Origin: Nitrososphaera sp. UBA210
GTDB lineage: Archaea > Thermoproteota > Nitrososphaeria > Nitrososphaerales > Nitrososphaeraceae
NCBI GenBank assembly: GCA_002494895.1
Contig: DADA01000014.1
Coordinates: 9,375 to 73,374 of the forward strand
Reading direction: 5' to 3'
DNA: 64,000 nucleotides
Position 1 is the first letter of the stretch, and each line of letters starts with the position of its first letter. Below are positions 53,776 through 64,000 of the stretch, one piece after another. A program made the translations under genes and the position numbers. The notes beneath the pieces are model-generated. The model searched no databases. It had not been told where the DNA came from and saw nothing but the letters and a program-made list of their open reading frames with translations.

Positions 53776-55896
53776 CTAGGCGGTTTTCTTTAGGCCTTGG
53801 CGGGGATCTCTCCAGATAAGGTTGGAGTATAACATCCTGGGAACGATCTTTCGAAATTCACTCCCCTCGCCTGCATACCATTTGGGGAACCATTCGTACA
53901 GGTGCAACCTGATAGTCTGGATGTAAACAATAAGCCCTTCAATCAACATGATGCCAATGTTCCCTCCTATAAGCACCGCCAGGCCTCCTCCATGCTCGAA
54001 TGACTGGTTGACGGTCACAAGCAGCGCAGCGTGCACCAAGAGCATGATCCCGATTCGCGTATAGCTTATGACGTTTGAAAGAACTTCAATGATCCTTACA
54101 AGGATGACTTCAATAACTATACCCATCAAACCCCCACCTTCGTCATGACCATGCTTTTTGGCTAATGCCTGCTCTTTCATTCCGCCGTAGATCATGATCC
54201 CGACGGTTGCAAAAAGCACCGGAGGCGCGGCCTTTGCCACCACGTCTACCGTGACCCAGTCGCCAAAGAGAAATGAAAGCCAGGGAACGAACTCGGTGTG
54301 GATCTGGCCGGAAATGCCAAACATACCAATGATGTCGTATCCGGATCCTATGGCAGCGAGAATTAGAGCCACGACTGCCCCGAACTGGATTATAGCCGGG
54401 ATGTCGTGTGTGTATATCATGAGCGTGTTCTTGTCCTTGATGTTCTTGTAGAGCTTTAGGAAGTACGCCATGAGCAAGTGTACGATCCCTATCGCAACTG
54501 ACACCTTCAATATTTTTATCACCTGGTCAAACGTGAGCGCTGACACATTCAGCACTCCAATGATGCCATGCAGCGGAGCAAAAATAGAGCTGAGTACTGC
54601 AAGCTCGTCAATGTGGAAGCCAAAAAACTCGCCGGTCCCAAGCCCCGCTATGCTGGCGCCTGCTCCGCTGACGGCTATCAGCGTGCCCCAGGTCCTTATC
54701 GAGCCGTTGCCCCTCTGCCTGAGTAGCATTCCGAGCCCAAAGAGCAGGAGGCCGTGCCCCAGGTCGCCAAACATCAGGCCGTAGAATAGCGGCCAGACAA
54801 ACGCGATGATCGGAGTCGGATCTATTTCACCTTGCCTTGGCAGCCCCTGCGTCTCGGTGATTACTTCAAAAGTTCGCGCGTAGGACTTGTTGGTCAAGAG
54901 CGTCGGAAGGCTCTGTTCCTGGCCTTCAGCCTTGTGGTATGGGAGGCCCGTATCTTCGATTATCGAAACATAGTCACCGGTGAGCTTTCTGAACTTGCTC
55001 TCCATCTTGTCAGGGATATAGCCCTGAATGAGCGCAAAGTTTCTGGTGCCCCCGGGTTTTCTGGTTGTTTCCAGCACGTCCTTGGCCACCTTGGCAGCCT
55101 CGTGAAGCGATAGGATCTTTGACAGAATAGATTGCTTTAGCTTCTCCGTGTTCTTGGCAATCTCGGCTGACTTTGTCTCCAGCTCTTTTACCTTTGCGTG
55201 CGCTTCAGCATATGCGCTGCTCGGGTTCTGTGGCATGTTTGCAGGAATCTGGAGAGGATGAACGCCAAAGCTCCTCATGATCTTGACGACCCGCTCGGAA
55301 TCCTCCCTGGAGCCAACCGCAACTATAGATGATTTTTCCTCGTTCAGCTTGGTCACATACAGCGGGAGGTCGCCAATGCTCTTCCGAATTTCCGCTTCGT
55401 CTTTGTTGGGTATGATGAAAATATCGGAATAGAACATTTTGAGGCGCGAGAACGAACCTAGGTCAATGTTAAGATTGGCCGCCATCTTTAGCGCGGCTTC
55501 GACGTTGCTGTACTCTTCAAGCTGCTTGGCGGTCTTGCTCTGTTCGGCCAGAATCTTTTTTGGTTCGTCGAGCAGCGCCTTGCTTTTGTCCTCAAGGTCT
55601 GCAACAAAATCCTGGATATCGTCGATAACATAATCCACCTTACCTTTTGGCGCGCCCTTGAACATAGTGGCCATTACCCCTGTTTCGAGTGGAATGGCGA
55701 GTGCTCTGATGACTTCATCAATATCCTGAAACAATTTCTGGGCCTTGAGCAAAAGGTCGTCATAGAACGGGTTCAGGTGTTCAGACGGAGTCTGGATCGG
55801 GTGGAACCATTCGAGCTCTGCCAGCTTGCTCACCGCCTCTTGTGTTTCTATTCGAGGCAGAAGAAGCGACGCCTTTCTGAGCTTGGCTACGCCCAT
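53776..55896 (-). CDS. atpI: A/V-type ATP synthase subunit I (a)
   Basis: PTLLTN, EIDPTP, FYGLMFGD.GHG, SNVISYTR and IRLHLYEWF. Confidence 0.95.
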   Translation of the reverse strand: MGVAKLRKASLLLPRIETQEAVSKLAELEWFHPIQTPSEHLNPFYDDLLLKAQKLFQDIDEVIRALAIPLETGVMATMFKGAPKGKVDYVIDDIQDFVADLEDKSKALLDEPKKILAEQSKTAKQLEEYSNVEAALKMAANLNIDLGSFSRLKMFYSDIFIIPNKDEAEIRKSIGDLPLYVTKLNEEKSSIVAVGSREDSERVVKIMRSFGVHPLQIPANMPQNPSSAYAEAHAKVKELETKSAEIAKNTEKLKQSILSKILSLHEAAKVAKDVLETTRKPGGTRNFALIQGYIPDKMESKFRKLTGDYVSIIEDTGLPYHKAEGQEQSLPTLLTNKSYARTFEVITETQGLPRQGEIDPTPIIAFVWPLFYGLMFGDLGHGLLLFGLGMLLRQRGNGSIRTWGTLIAVSGAGASIAGLGTGEFFGFHIDELAVLSSIFAPLHGIIGVLNVSALTFDQVIKILKVSVAIGIVHLLMAYFLKLYKNIKDKNTLMIYTHDIPAIIQFGAVVALILAAIGSGYDIIGMFGISGQIHTEFVPWLSFLFGDWVTVDVVAKAAPPVLFATVGIMIYGGMKEQALAKKHGHDEGGGLMGIVIEVILVRIIEVLSNVISYTRIGIMLLVHAALLVTVNQSFEHGGGLAVLIGGNIGIMLIEGLIVYIQTIRLHLYEWFPKWYAGEGSEFRKIVPRMLYSNLIWRDPRQGLKKTA

Positions 55897-56018
55897 GTTA
55901 CTGCCTACGGTGTAAATGAGAACTCTTTAAAAGGTTTCTTTTCCCAAGCATGCGCACTAACTAATTCCTGCGATAGTTTCGCCAATTATTTTATATCCCA
56001 ATCGCTCAAGATGATATC

Positions 56019-56240
56019 ATGGCTAACAATAGAGAATATAGCATCGCGGTCAAGAAGGACGGTAAGTTCTACTTCGGATATTGCATTGAAATCCAACAAG
56101 CAAGAGGACAAGGAGAGACCAAGGCTGCGGCTATAGAGGACACAAAGCTAGCCATCAAACTTTGCAGGACTTATCTAGAAACCAAAAAGAATACATCACA
56201 TTCGCAATTTCTGAGTGGGATTGCAGGCGATTACGAGTAA
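56019..56240 (+). CDS. HicB-like antitoxin (RNase H-like fold), orphan
   Basis: YSIAVKKDG.FY.GYC.EI..ARGQGET..AAIED.KLAI. Confidence 0.8.
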   Translation: MANNREYSIAVKKDGKFYFGYCIEIQQARGQGETKAAAIEDTKLAIKLCRTYLETKKNTSHSQFLSGIAGDYE

Positions 56241-56294
56241 GCCGACGAAAATAAAAGAACGTGGAATAAATTCCGACTCTTTTCAGTTATGTGT

Positions 56295-56621
56295 CTACTG
56301 GCCCAGGATGATGAACATCATGACTATTCCGTAGATAGCGATTGACTCGACCATACCCACGAAAATGAACACCCTGGACTGCATCTTCGGGTTGTCGCTG
56401 ATTGCTGCCAGACCCGCGGCGCCTACGAATCCAAGACCGATGCCTGCGCCTGCAGCTGCCAGGCCGAAAGCCAGACCCGCGCCCAGCAATTTTGATCCGC
56501 CAGCCGATGCTGCGTCTTCCTGAGCGAACGCCTGTTCAAATCCGATTAAGCCCGCAAAAACCATTGAGGTAGCAAGAACAGCCAAAACCGAAATTGCAAC
56601 ACGCCCGTTCAGCCTGCTCAT
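56295..56621 (-). CDS. atpK: ATP synthase subunit K (c, proteolipid)
   Basis: GAGIGLG...GMVESIAIYG with the carboxylate Glu; N-terminal signal-like segment. Confidence 0.95.
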   Translation of the reverse strand: MSRLNGRVAISVLAVLATSMVFAGLIGFEQAFAQEDAASAGGSKLLGAGLAFGLAAAGAGIGLGFVGAAGLAAISDNPKMQSRVFIFVGMVESIAIYGIVMMFIILGQ

Positions 56622-56685
56622 ACAGGGTTGCAAAACAAATTGCCATATTTAACAGTAACTACATGTAAAAGTTGAAGAATTATGA

Positions 56686-56814
56686 TCAGACTTTGGATAG
56701 TGCTTTTTTCTTGTTCGCGCTGACTTCTTCCTTTATCTTTTGAACCATCGAGTCATGTTCGTTCTTTAATTCTGACTTTGCCTTTTCAACGTGGCCGGAT
56801 ATGGAATCTGTCAT
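56686..56814 (-). CDS. 42-aa coiled-coil protein in the atp operon (candidate mini subunit H/G; not in ORF track)
   Basis: MTDSISGHVEKAKSELKNEHDSMVQKIKEEVSANKKKALSKV; ATGA overlap with the atpD stop. Confidence 0.65.
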   Translation of the reverse strand: MTDSISGHVEKAKSELKNEHDSMVQKIKEEVSANKKKALSKV

Positions 56815-57479
56815 AGCCTTGCTGCTGCCTCTGCCTCTGCGGCCTTTTTCTTGTCAAGTACTACTTTAACCTTCTTGAGCCTGACGAATTCTTCTCGCTC
56901 CCGCTCTTCCAGAGTCGCCTTGATAAATGATATCGAGAACTGGTACTGCGGGATTATCACGTACTCCAGGGCGTTAATCAGCTTTTGAGTGCGCTCGAGC
57001 TCCTTGGCAAGGCTGAATATCGCGTTTTCATATTCCGCTGCCTTGCAGACGTTGGGCAACATGTTCTTGATCAGCTTTGCGGCCTTGTCCACCGTGGCGT
57101 TGGTCTCGCCAAAGCCGTACGAAAGGTGGCTGCCTCCGCCTTCCTTTGTCTTGATCTGCAAAGTCGGAATCTTGACGTCAACTATTCTTCTTACGTTTAC
57201 ATCCGTCTCCATTATCGCAGGAGTAGAGTCGGATACCGATTCCAGCGTCATGGTCCCTAGGGACATGTAGCCGTTGAAAACAGCGGTGTAAATCTCGCCC
57301 AGCGGGGACCAGATGTCTTCTCTTGCCTTGTTGGCCTCTTCGATCATCTCGTCTATTTTTTTCAGCAGGACTTCGCGCTTGTCGTCTAGGATCTTGTGGA
57401 CCATCTTGGCAACCTGCATCGAGCGCCTGATCTTGATGAGCTCTATTTTTGTTGCAGTGGCCCTTCTTCCAAATGACAT
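56811..57479 (-). CDS. atpD: ATP synthase subunit D
   Basis: ATKIEL...LDDKREVL, RTQKLINALEYVIIP and LEEREREEFVRLK; start at MSFGRR. Confidence 0.95.
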   Translation of the reverse strand: MSFGRRATATKIELIKIRRSMQVAKMVHKILDDKREVLLKKIDEMIEEANKAREDIWSPLGEIYTAVFNGYMSLGTMTLESVSDSTPAIMETDVNVRRIVDVKIPTLQIKTKEGGGSHLSYGFGETNATVDKAAKLIKNMLPNVCKAAEYENAIFSLAKELERTQKLINALEYVIIPQYQFSISFIKATLEEREREEFVRLKKVKVVLDKKKAAEAEAAARL

Positions 57480-57481
57480 GG

Positions 57482-58870
57482 CTACTTGCCCTTGTAGTAC
57501 TGCTTTACGTTCTTTTCCTTTATTTTTGTCAGCTCGCCTTCTGGCAGGCTGGACAGCACGTCCCACGCCCTTCCAAGGGTCTCGTCAAGCGCACGGTTTT
57601 CATCGGGCGCCTGCTTTAGAAACTGCTGCTCAAACATGTCGCCGGCGTCAAGATATTTCAAGTCGACTCCGGTAAGCCCTGCCCTTCCGACGATCTCGGC
57701 GAGTGCCCTTACCTCCTGTGCCCTTGAATAAGCATCATACATCTGGTTGCCGACTTCCATGTGGTCAGCCCTTGTTTTGCCCTCGCCGACTCCGTCCTTC
57801 ATGAGCCTTGAAAGCGACATCAGGACATTGACTGGCGGGTAGACGCCCTTTCTGAACAGGTCGCGGCCCAGCACTATCTGGCCCTCGGTGATATATCCTG
57901 TTAGATCCGGAATCGGATGGGTGATGTCGTCGGCCGGCATTGACAGAATCGGGACCTGGGTGACGCTGCCGTTCTTGCCCTTTACCCTGCCCGCGCGCTC
58001 GTAGTTGTTCGCAAGGTCTGTGTACAAATAACCGGGATATCCCTTTCTACCTGGCACCTCTTCTCTTGCCGCACTAATTTCTCTGAGTGCTTCTGCATAG
58101 TTGGTCATGTCTGTGAGTATTGCTAGCACGTGCATCCCTAGGTCAAACGCAAGGTATTCTGCTACAGTGAGCGCGACTCTGGGCGTAATGATTCTCTCGA
58201 TTGCTGGGTCGTCTGCAAGGTTGAGGAACAGCACCGAGCGCCTCAGCGCGCCGGACTCTTCAAGGCTGCGCTTGAAATACTGCGCCTCTGAATATTGCAC
58301 TCCAATAGCCGCGAAAACAACCGCAAAGTCTTCCTTTGTGCCTACCACTGCCGCCTGTCTGGCTATCTGCGCCGCCAGAATGTTGTGGGGCATGCCAGAG
58401 CCGGAAAAGATTGGCAACTTTTGCCCTCTTACGAGCGTAAGCATGCCGTCAATGACAGAAACACCTGTCTGGATGAACGATGTCGGATATTCTCTTCTTT
58501 CGGGGTTCATGGGCTCGCCATTTACGTCAAGGAACTTGTCCGCAATTGGATCGGGCAACCCGTCGTTAGGTCTCCCCAACCCATCAAACACCCTGCCGAG
58601 CAGCTCCTGCGACACAGGCATCTCCATCGTCTTGCCGATGAATTTCGCCTTTGTCCCGCTGATGGTGAGGCCGGTCGTGCCTTCAAAGACCTGGACCACA
58701 GCCTTGCCAAATCCTACCTCTAGGACCTTACCAAGCCTTCGCTCTCCGTCTACAGTCTCGATCTCGACCAGCTCGTCAAAAGAGGCTTTTGTAATTCCGT
58801 CGATAATTATCAGCGGTCCCTTGATCTCTGCGACCTTTGTGTATTCCACTCCGGCAGTTGTCTCTGGCAT
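57482..58870 (-). CDS. atpB: ATP synthase subunit B
   Basis: [26 protein letters not shown] and [15 protein letters not shown]. Confidence 0.97.
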   Translation of the reverse strand: MPETTAGVEYTKVAEIKGPLIIIDGITKASFDELVEIETVDGERRLGKVLEVGFGKAVVQVFEGTTGLTISGTKAKFIGKTMEMPVSQELLGRVFDGLGRPNDGLPDPIADKFLDVNGEPMNPERREYPTSFIQTGVSVIDGMLTLVRGQKLPIFSGSGMPHNILAAQIARQAAVVGTKEDFAVVFAAIGVQYSEAQYFKRSLEESGALRRSVLFLNLADDPAIERIITPRVALTVAEYLAFDLGMHVLAILTDMTNYAEALREISAAREEVPGRKGYPGYLYTDLANNYERAGRVKGKNGSVTQVPILSMPADDITHPIPDLTGYITEGQIVLGRDLFRKGVYPPVNVLMSLSRLMKDGVGEGKTRADHMEVGNQMYDAYSRAQEVRALAEIVGRAGLTGVDLKYLDAGDMFEQQFLKQAPDENRALDETLGRAWDVLSSLPEGELTKIKEKNVKQYYKGK

Positions 58871-58872
58871 GC

Positions 58873-60666
58873 CTAGGAACTCCTTGCCATCGGCGCCGCC
58901 GCGTCCGCATCCTTGTGGAACTGCTGGTCTATCTGCTTGTCCAAGTCGTCCAGCTTGCCCAGCTGCTCCTCTGGAATTTCGAATTTCGCTTTCAAAAGAG
59001 ATGGGATTACCGGCATCGCCCTAATGTCTGCAAGCGGCGTCCCTACCTTCAGCGCCTTTTGAGCTTCCTTGTAGAACTTTAACATTAGTTTCACGAGCTT
59101 TACCTGCTTTTGCGGACTACAATAGGTGTCGACTTTGTCAAACGAGTTCTGCTGCAATATTCCGATCTTGATCATCCTTGCGAGCTCTAGCACGAGCTTT
59201 TCTTCGTCTGGCAGAGCCTCCGGCCCGAGCAGCCTGACGATTTCCTTGAGGGTATCTTCCTTTTGGAGCAGCTGGTACGAGTCCTGCCTGAGGTCATACC
59301 ATTCGCCTGTGACATTTTCCTTCCACCACTTGCTTACGTCTTCAAGGTATCCCGAATAGGACTGCATCCAGTTGATGGACGGGTAGTGCCTGGAATATGC
59401 AAGCCTGGTGTCTAGCGCCCAGAAGGTCTTGATGAACCTGATCGTGTGAGTCGTTACTGGTTCGGTAAAGTCAGCGCCTGACGGCGAGACCGCGCCTACC
59501 AGGGTGACTGAGCCGGCCCTGTTCGGAGATCCTAATGCCCTGACCCTGCCCGCGCGCTCGTAGAATTCTGCGAGCCTTGACGCAAGGTACGATGGGTAGC
59601 CTTCCTCTGCCGGCATTTCTTCAAGTCGGCCGGACATTTCCCGCAAAGCCTCCGCCCACCTGCTCGTTGAATCCGCGACAAGCACGACGTCAAAGCCCAT
59701 GTCGCGGTAGTATTCCGCCATGGTGACTCCCGTATAGATCGAAGCTTCTCTTGCAGCGACTGGCATGTTGCTGGTGTTCGCTACTAGCACTGTTCGCTCC
59801 ATCAGCGGCCTGCCAGAGCGCGGGTCGATCAGGTGAGGGAACTCTACGAGCACTTCGGTCATTTCGTTGCCCCGCTCGCCGCAGCCAATGTAGACTACGA
59901 CTTTAGAGTCTGCCCACTTTGCTATCTGGTGTAATGTGACGGTTTTTCCGGTGCCAAAGCCTCCGGGGATCGCTCCTGTGCCTCCCTTTGCAATCGGGAA
60001 ATAAGTGTCGATAATTCTCTGTCCCGTGACAAGTGGGACAGTCGGGTCATAGCGCTCGCCGTACGGCCTTGGCTTTCGCACCGGCCACTTGTGATACATC
60101 TTTAGCTGGATCTTTTCTCCGCTCTTTTCTGCCGTTGCGACAATGTGCTCAATGTTATAGTCGCCTTCGCTCGCAACATCGGTGAGCTTGGTTGCCCCCG
60201 GGTGGTTTGGCGGAACGAGAATGCTGTGAGTCAGCAATGGTGTTTCCTCAACCGTTCCTAGGATAGACCCCGGACCGATCTCGTCACCCTTTTTCACGCT
60301 GGGCTTGAACTTGTATTTCTTTTTGTAATCGACAGGCGTAGTTACGACGCCCCTGCCGATAAAGGCGCCGGACTTGCTTGCAATTTCGTCTAACGGTCTT
60401 TGTATTCCGTCATAGATCTTGCCAATTATTCCCGGCCCCAGCAGCACTGATAGCGGCTGCCCGGTTCCAATGACCGGCTCGCCTGGCCTCAGCCCCGAAG
60501 TCGATTCGTATACCTGGATAAATGCAATGTCGCCTGTTAGCCTGATCACTTCGCCGATCAGCTTCGACTCTCCGACTTCGACAGTTTCATACATTTTTGC
60601 AGAAGACATGCCGTCTGCTTTTACTGCCGGCCCGCTGACCCAGACAATTTTACCCTTGGCTACCAT
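58873..60666 (-). CDS. atpA: ATP synthase subunit A
   Basis: [16 protein letters not shown] and [10 protein letters not shown]; no intein; start at MVAKGK. Confidence 0.97.
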   Translation of the reverse strand: MVAKGKIVWVSGPAVKADGMSSAKMYETVEVGESKLIGEVIRLTGDIAFIQVYESTSGLRPGEPVIGTGQPLSVLLGPGIIGKIYDGIQRPLDEIASKSGAFIGRGVVTTPVDYKKKYKFKPSVKKGDEIGPGSILGTVEETPLLTHSILVPPNHPGATKLTDVASEGDYNIEHIVATAEKSGEKIQLKMYHKWPVRKPRPYGERYDPTVPLVTGQRIIDTYFPIAKGGTGAIPGGFGTGKTVTLHQIAKWADSKVVVYIGCGERGNEMTEVLVEFPHLIDPRSGRPLMERTVLVANTSNMPVAAREASIYTGVTMAEYYRDMGFDVVLVADSTSRWAEALREMSGRLEEMPAEEGYPSYLASRLAEFYERAGRVRALGSPNRAGSVTLVGAVSPSGADFTEPVTTHTIRFIKTFWALDTRLAYSRHYPSINWMQSYSGYLEDVSKWWKENVTGEWYDLRQDSYQLLQKEDTLKEIVRLLGPEALPDEEKLVLELARMIKIGILQQNSFDKVDTYCSPQKQVKLVKLMLKFYKEAQKALKVGTPLADIRAMPVIPSLLKAKFEIPEEQLGKLDDLDKQIDQQFHKDADAAAPMARSS

Positions 60667-60667
60667 T

Positions 60668-61285
60668 CTATTCCTCTCCTCTGAGCATCTGGGCAATGTT
60701 TTTCCTTATTAAAGGTTTGAGCCTTTCGATGCGAGAATCGATGGTGTTGTCATAGGTCATGCTGCCGTCTGCTGACTTTACCCTAATGCCACCAATGATG
60801 TCGATGCTGTGGGTAGACACGCCGGCCTCCACCTTTGGGTTCCTTTTCTGGAGATCTGCAACTATTTTCTTTACAAGGTCTGCGTCGCTCTTGTTGCACT
60901 CTATTGTGACCTTGCCAGAACCAATGGAGGTAACACTTTCTTCAATTACGCCTGCCATCAGCGACTTGTAGCTTTCCTTGTCGCCCGCGTCAGCAAGCTT
61001 TCTCTTTGCCTGCTCAAAGGCATTGTTGACGGCAGTTTCAATAATAACTAGTTCTTGGTTGCGCGCGGCGAGCCTGCTAGAGCCAACAATTTGGCGCTTA
61101 AGGTTCTCGGCCTGCTTTTTGGCAGACTCTACAATCCTCGTGCGCTCCCCTTCTAGCTTGCCTTGCGAAGCTTCAAGGTTCTTTAGCGACTCTTGGTACG
61201 CGGAATCTATCTGGGAAATCAGTTCAGTTTCTTTCTGCGACAAAACCTTGCTTATGGTACGCTCTAACGCAGAATTCGAGCTCAT
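60668..61285 (-). CDS. atpE: ATP synthase subunit E
   Basis: N-terminal coiled coil; IIGGIRV.S.DG...DNTIDSR. Confidence 0.9.
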   Translation of the reverse strand: MSSNSALERTISKVLSQKETELISQIDSAYQESLKNLEASQGKLEGERTRIVESAKKQAENLKRQIVGSSRLAARNQELVIIETAVNNAFEQAKRKLADAGDKESYKSLMAGVIEESVTSIGSGKVTIECNKSDADLVKKIVADLQKRNPKVEAGVSTHSIDIIGGIRVKSADGSMTYDNTIDSRIERLKPLIRKNIAQMLRGEE

Positions 61286-61422
61286 TTGGGTCATTTGCTC
61301 GTTGCTCCCGATTTTAACGTTTTGATAACGCTGTTGTGTTGTTATCCACAATTATGCACATGCGGGCGGTCTGCCTTCCAGCTGTGATCAGGTTCTGAAG
61401 GAACTCACCATGTCATTTGCCC

Positions 61423-62307
61423 TCAGAGGTATTCTTGGTGCGACTTGACGTATCTCTTGATTAACCACAGAACAAAGACATCACTTCTTTTCCTTAGCTG
61501 AGCCCTCTCGAGCGCGTTGTAGTAGCTGTTTCTTCCCTCGTAGGGTATGTTCAGCATCGGGTAGCCCTTTCTATTGAGCATGAAATTCATCATCAGCCGA
61601 GAAACCCTTCCGTTACCGTCCGCGAAAGGATGTATCGTTACAAACTTTAAGTGAACAAGTGCCGCCAGCTCTACCGGGTGCAGCTTGGCCTTGTTCCTGT
61701 CATACCAGCCGAAGAAATCGCGCAGCATCGGATAAACTTCAACAGGCAGTGGGGGAACGAATTTGCTTCCCGAGATCCCGATCCGGCTCTTTCTTATCCT
61801 GCCCGCGATATCAGGCTTTGTTTCAGAGAATAGCTTCCTATGCCACTCTATTACTTCAGCGAGTGACAAGTCCTTCTTGGACGCAAGAATCTCATGGAAC
61901 AGCTTCCTGTGAGCTTCTGCCTCCCTTACATCTTCTAGCGGCCTATCCTTTGGAGTCATCCCCCTGTCAAACAAGTTCGCTGTTTCCCGGAGTGTAAGCG
62001 TCGAGCCCTCTATCTTCTGAGTGTCGTATGTAAAGCGTATGGCAAAGTTTTCAATCGCTTTTTCCTTGGCAGATTTCGGGCTGGACTTGCTTTCCTTGAA
62101 ATAGTTAGCCTTTATTCGCGCAAGAAGGGGATGCCATTTTTCCGCAAGAACGTCTGCGACCAGCCTAGTCTTGAGCTGCTCGATATTTGCCGGCAGCTTT
62201 TTGCCAAGGTATACCTCCCTCTTCTGCACTTTCCCATTATCTCTAATGCTATGCTCAAGATAGTAATAGGTGTGCTTTCCAACGCGCTTTCGCTTTACTC
62301 TTGCCAT
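61423..62307 (-). CDS. Fic-domain protein with N-terminal beta-sheet domain
   Basis: Canonical HPFADGNGRVSR; inhibitory TQKIEG motif. Confidence 0.93.
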   Translation of the reverse strand: MARVKRKRVGKHTYYYLEHSIRDNGKVQKREVYLGKKLPANIEQLKTRLVADVLAEKWHPLLARIKANYFKESKSSPKSAKEKAIENFAIRFTYDTQKIEGSTLTLRETANLFDRGMTPKDRPLEDVREAEAHRKLFHEILASKKDLSLAEVIEWHRKLFSETKPDIAGRIRKSRIGISGSKFVPPLPVEVYPMLRDFFGWYDRNKAKLHPVELAALVHLKFVTIHPFADGNGRVSRLMMNFMLNRKGYPMLNIPYEGRNSYYNALERAQLRKRSDVFVLWLIKRYVKSHQEYL

Positions 62308-62312
62308 AGATA

Positions 62313-62370
62313 TGTTTACCCCTACAGATGTATAAGTTTATTGATAAAGCACATTATGTAGGGGTAAACA
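62313..62370. repeat. 14-bp perfect inverted repeat flanking the fic promoter
   Basis: TGTTTACCCCTACA (62313-62326) and TGTAGGGGTAAACA (62357-62370). Confidence 0.85.
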
Positions 62371-62396
62371 CAGGACATCAGACCAGCCCTGACTTG

Positions 62397-63785
62397 CTAT
62401 CCAGCACCAAGCAGATTCTCTTTTGACAGCGCCTTGTCGAGCTGCTGGGATGTCATCAGCTTCTTTGCAAGCACCAGCTCCCTGATGCCTTTGCCCGTCT
62501 TTAGCGACTCTTTGTATATCTCAGCAGCCTTCAGGTACCCGATGTACGGGTTGAGCAAGGTAACAAGCACCGGGCTTTTCTCAATGTAGGACTCTAGCTG
62601 CGACCTGTTTGCCTTTATCCCGTCTATCATGTTTTCAGCAAACACTGGAAGGAAATTCTTTAGCATGTCAGTCGAGTCCAGCACGCACTTTAGCATACCC
62701 GGCAGCATCACATTGAGCTCGAACTGGCCCGCCTGGGCCGCCATTGCCACCGAAACGTCATTGCCTATCACGTTAAAGCAGATCATATTCAGGCACTCTG
62801 CAAGCGACGGGTTGACCTTGCCCGGCATTATCGACGAGCCGGCGTGCACCGCGGGTATGAGAATCTCTGAAAAGCCCGCAGTGGGGCCGGACGCCATCAG
62901 CCTGATGTCATTTGCCATCTTGTTGAGCTCTATGGCAAGGTTGCGGAGAGCCGAAGAGCAGCTCGCTACATCGAGCTTGCTCTGGAGAGAATAAAACATG
63001 TTCTGCGACGGCTTTAGGCCCAGCCCAGAAAACTTGGACAAATGCTTGATGGCCAGCTCGCGATAGCCCCTGGGCGCGTTTGCGCCGGTGCCAACAGCCG
63101 TACCGCCCAGCCCCACATATTCAAGGCCTTCCATTGATTGCAGGAGCTTTGAGCGGGCCTGCGTTAGCGCATAGCTATATTGTTCAAATTCCGAGCCAAG
63201 CGTCACCGGGATCGCGTCCATCAGGTGAGTTCGGCCGATCTTGATGATGGTGTGAAACTCTTTTGCCTTCTTTTCAAGTGAAGAGACCAGCCTGTCAAGC
63301 GACGCCACCATCTCTTGCATGTTAAGCAGGATGGCGACGTGCATCGCAGTTGGAAAGGTGTCGTTGCTTGACTGCGACTTGTTTACGTCGTCATTTGGGC
63401 TGACAATTTCGTATGCCCCCTTTTTCTTGCCGAGTATCTCAAGGGCCCTATTCGCAATTACTTCGTTGGCGTTCATGTTAAACGCGGTGCCCGCTCCGGA
63501 ATTGATTGCTTCAACTACAAATTCATCTAGGAACTTGCCGGCAAGAATTTCGTCGCAGGCCTTTACTATGGCATCTGCCTTTTGAACGTCAAGAACCTTC
63601 AGCTCCTTGTTGGCAAGGGCGGCAGAGCGCTTTATCATCACGTAGACCTTTACGAGATTGATATGGGCCTTCTGGCCGGTCACCTTGTACTGTTCCTTTG
63701 CGCGGGCTGAGAAAGGGCCATAGTAGGCATCAGACGGAACCTTGACTTCGCCAAGAGAGTCCTTGTCAATTCTAAACGACGGCAT
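62397..63785 (-). CDS. Class II fumarate hydratase / aspartate ammonia-lyase
   Basis: QSSNDTFPT, KIGRTHLMDA and GSSIMPGKVNP. Confidence 0.93.
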   Translation of the reverse strand: MPSFRIDKDSLGEVKVPSDAYYGPFSARAKEQYKVTGQKAHINLVKVYVMIKRSAALANKELKVLDVQKADAIVKACDEILAGKFLDEFVVEAINSGAGTAFNMNANEVIANRALEILGKKKGAYEIVSPNDDVNKSQSSNDTFPTAMHVAILLNMQEMVASLDRLVSSLEKKAKEFHTIIKIGRTHLMDAIPVTLGSEFEQYSYALTQARSKLLQSMEGLEYVGLGGTAVGTGANAPRGYRELAIKHLSKFSGLGLKPSQNMFYSLQSKLDVASCSSALRNLAIELNKMANDIRLMASGPTAGFSEILIPAVHAGSSIMPGKVNPSLAECLNMICFNVIGNDVSVAMAAQAGQFELNVMLPGMLKCVLDSTDMLKNFLPVFAENMIDGIKANRSQLESYIEKSPVLVTLLNPYIGYLKAAEIYKESLKTGKGIRELVLAKKLMTSQQLDKALSKENLLGAG

Positions 63786-64000
63786 CGTCAGATGCGAACT
63801 AGTATTCTGGCTGTAATAAATAGTTCTGAGCGCGATAGCCTAGCGAGAAATCGGCCAGCCTCCATGCTGTGAAGGAAGTACATATTTTTATATAGAAGAT
63901 CGTATCCTTCTGTACCCAGTCAAGTTCGATGCAGGTAATTAATAAGACCAGAACAATGTCTAGAAAGCGTGGGTACAAGATTGTGTTTCCGAATTCAAGA

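Noticed and set aside
58101..59024. 307-aa plus-strand ORF, and similar long ORFs such as 17092-17751, 5403-5996 and 11558-12100
   Set aside because: Antisense shadows of well-supported genes, with no recognisable motifs
61324..61346. GATAAC-N11-GTTATC and AAC-N3-GTT motifs near the atpE, ferredoxin and 32899 promoters as a shared regulon
   Set aside because: Too short to separate from background without comparative data
63800..64000. Open frames at the window end
   Set aside because: Truncated by the window edge, so neither strand nor product can be assigned

Overview
Core-chromosome segment of an archaeon. The gene content (TFE, TFB, aIF1, proteasome subunits, archaeosine TGT, SmAP3-type Lsm, ArfA-type riboflavin pathway, A-type ATP synthase, many small Zn-finger and roadblock-like proteins, largely leaderless TATA promoters) best fits a Nitrososphaera-like thaumarchaeote; this is an inference. 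In order, the window holds: a receiver protein, a class III adenylate cyclase and tfe; a small island with a truncated IS6-family transposase; a riboflavin operon; a HerA-like ATPase with a Cys/His repeat tail; proline catabolism genes; a tRNA-Asp with two non-canonical introns; an atypical proteasome beta-alpha pair in a proteostasis/redox cluster; nadM, metG and cysS; a beta-CASP nuclease with twin methyltransferases; ferredoxin and a Zn-less TFB; nfi, tgtA and lsm; a DEAD-box helicase; ArsR-ccdA-redoxin genes interrupted by a decayed toxin-antitoxin module; pyrI; the ATP synthase genes; a Fic protein; and a fumarase/aspartase. I saw no CRISPR array or rRNA. The best leads are (1) the propeptide-less beta plus gate-divergent alpha proteasome pair, (2) an unannotated 49-aa microprotein matching the cyclase N-terminal HTH-like domain, (3) an unannotated ~85-nt structured RNA candidate, (4) a deaminase-type amidohydrolase inside the riboflavin operon, and (5) a 14-bp inverted repeat bracketing the fic promoter. 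All family calls come from reading motifs by eye; no database searches were run.
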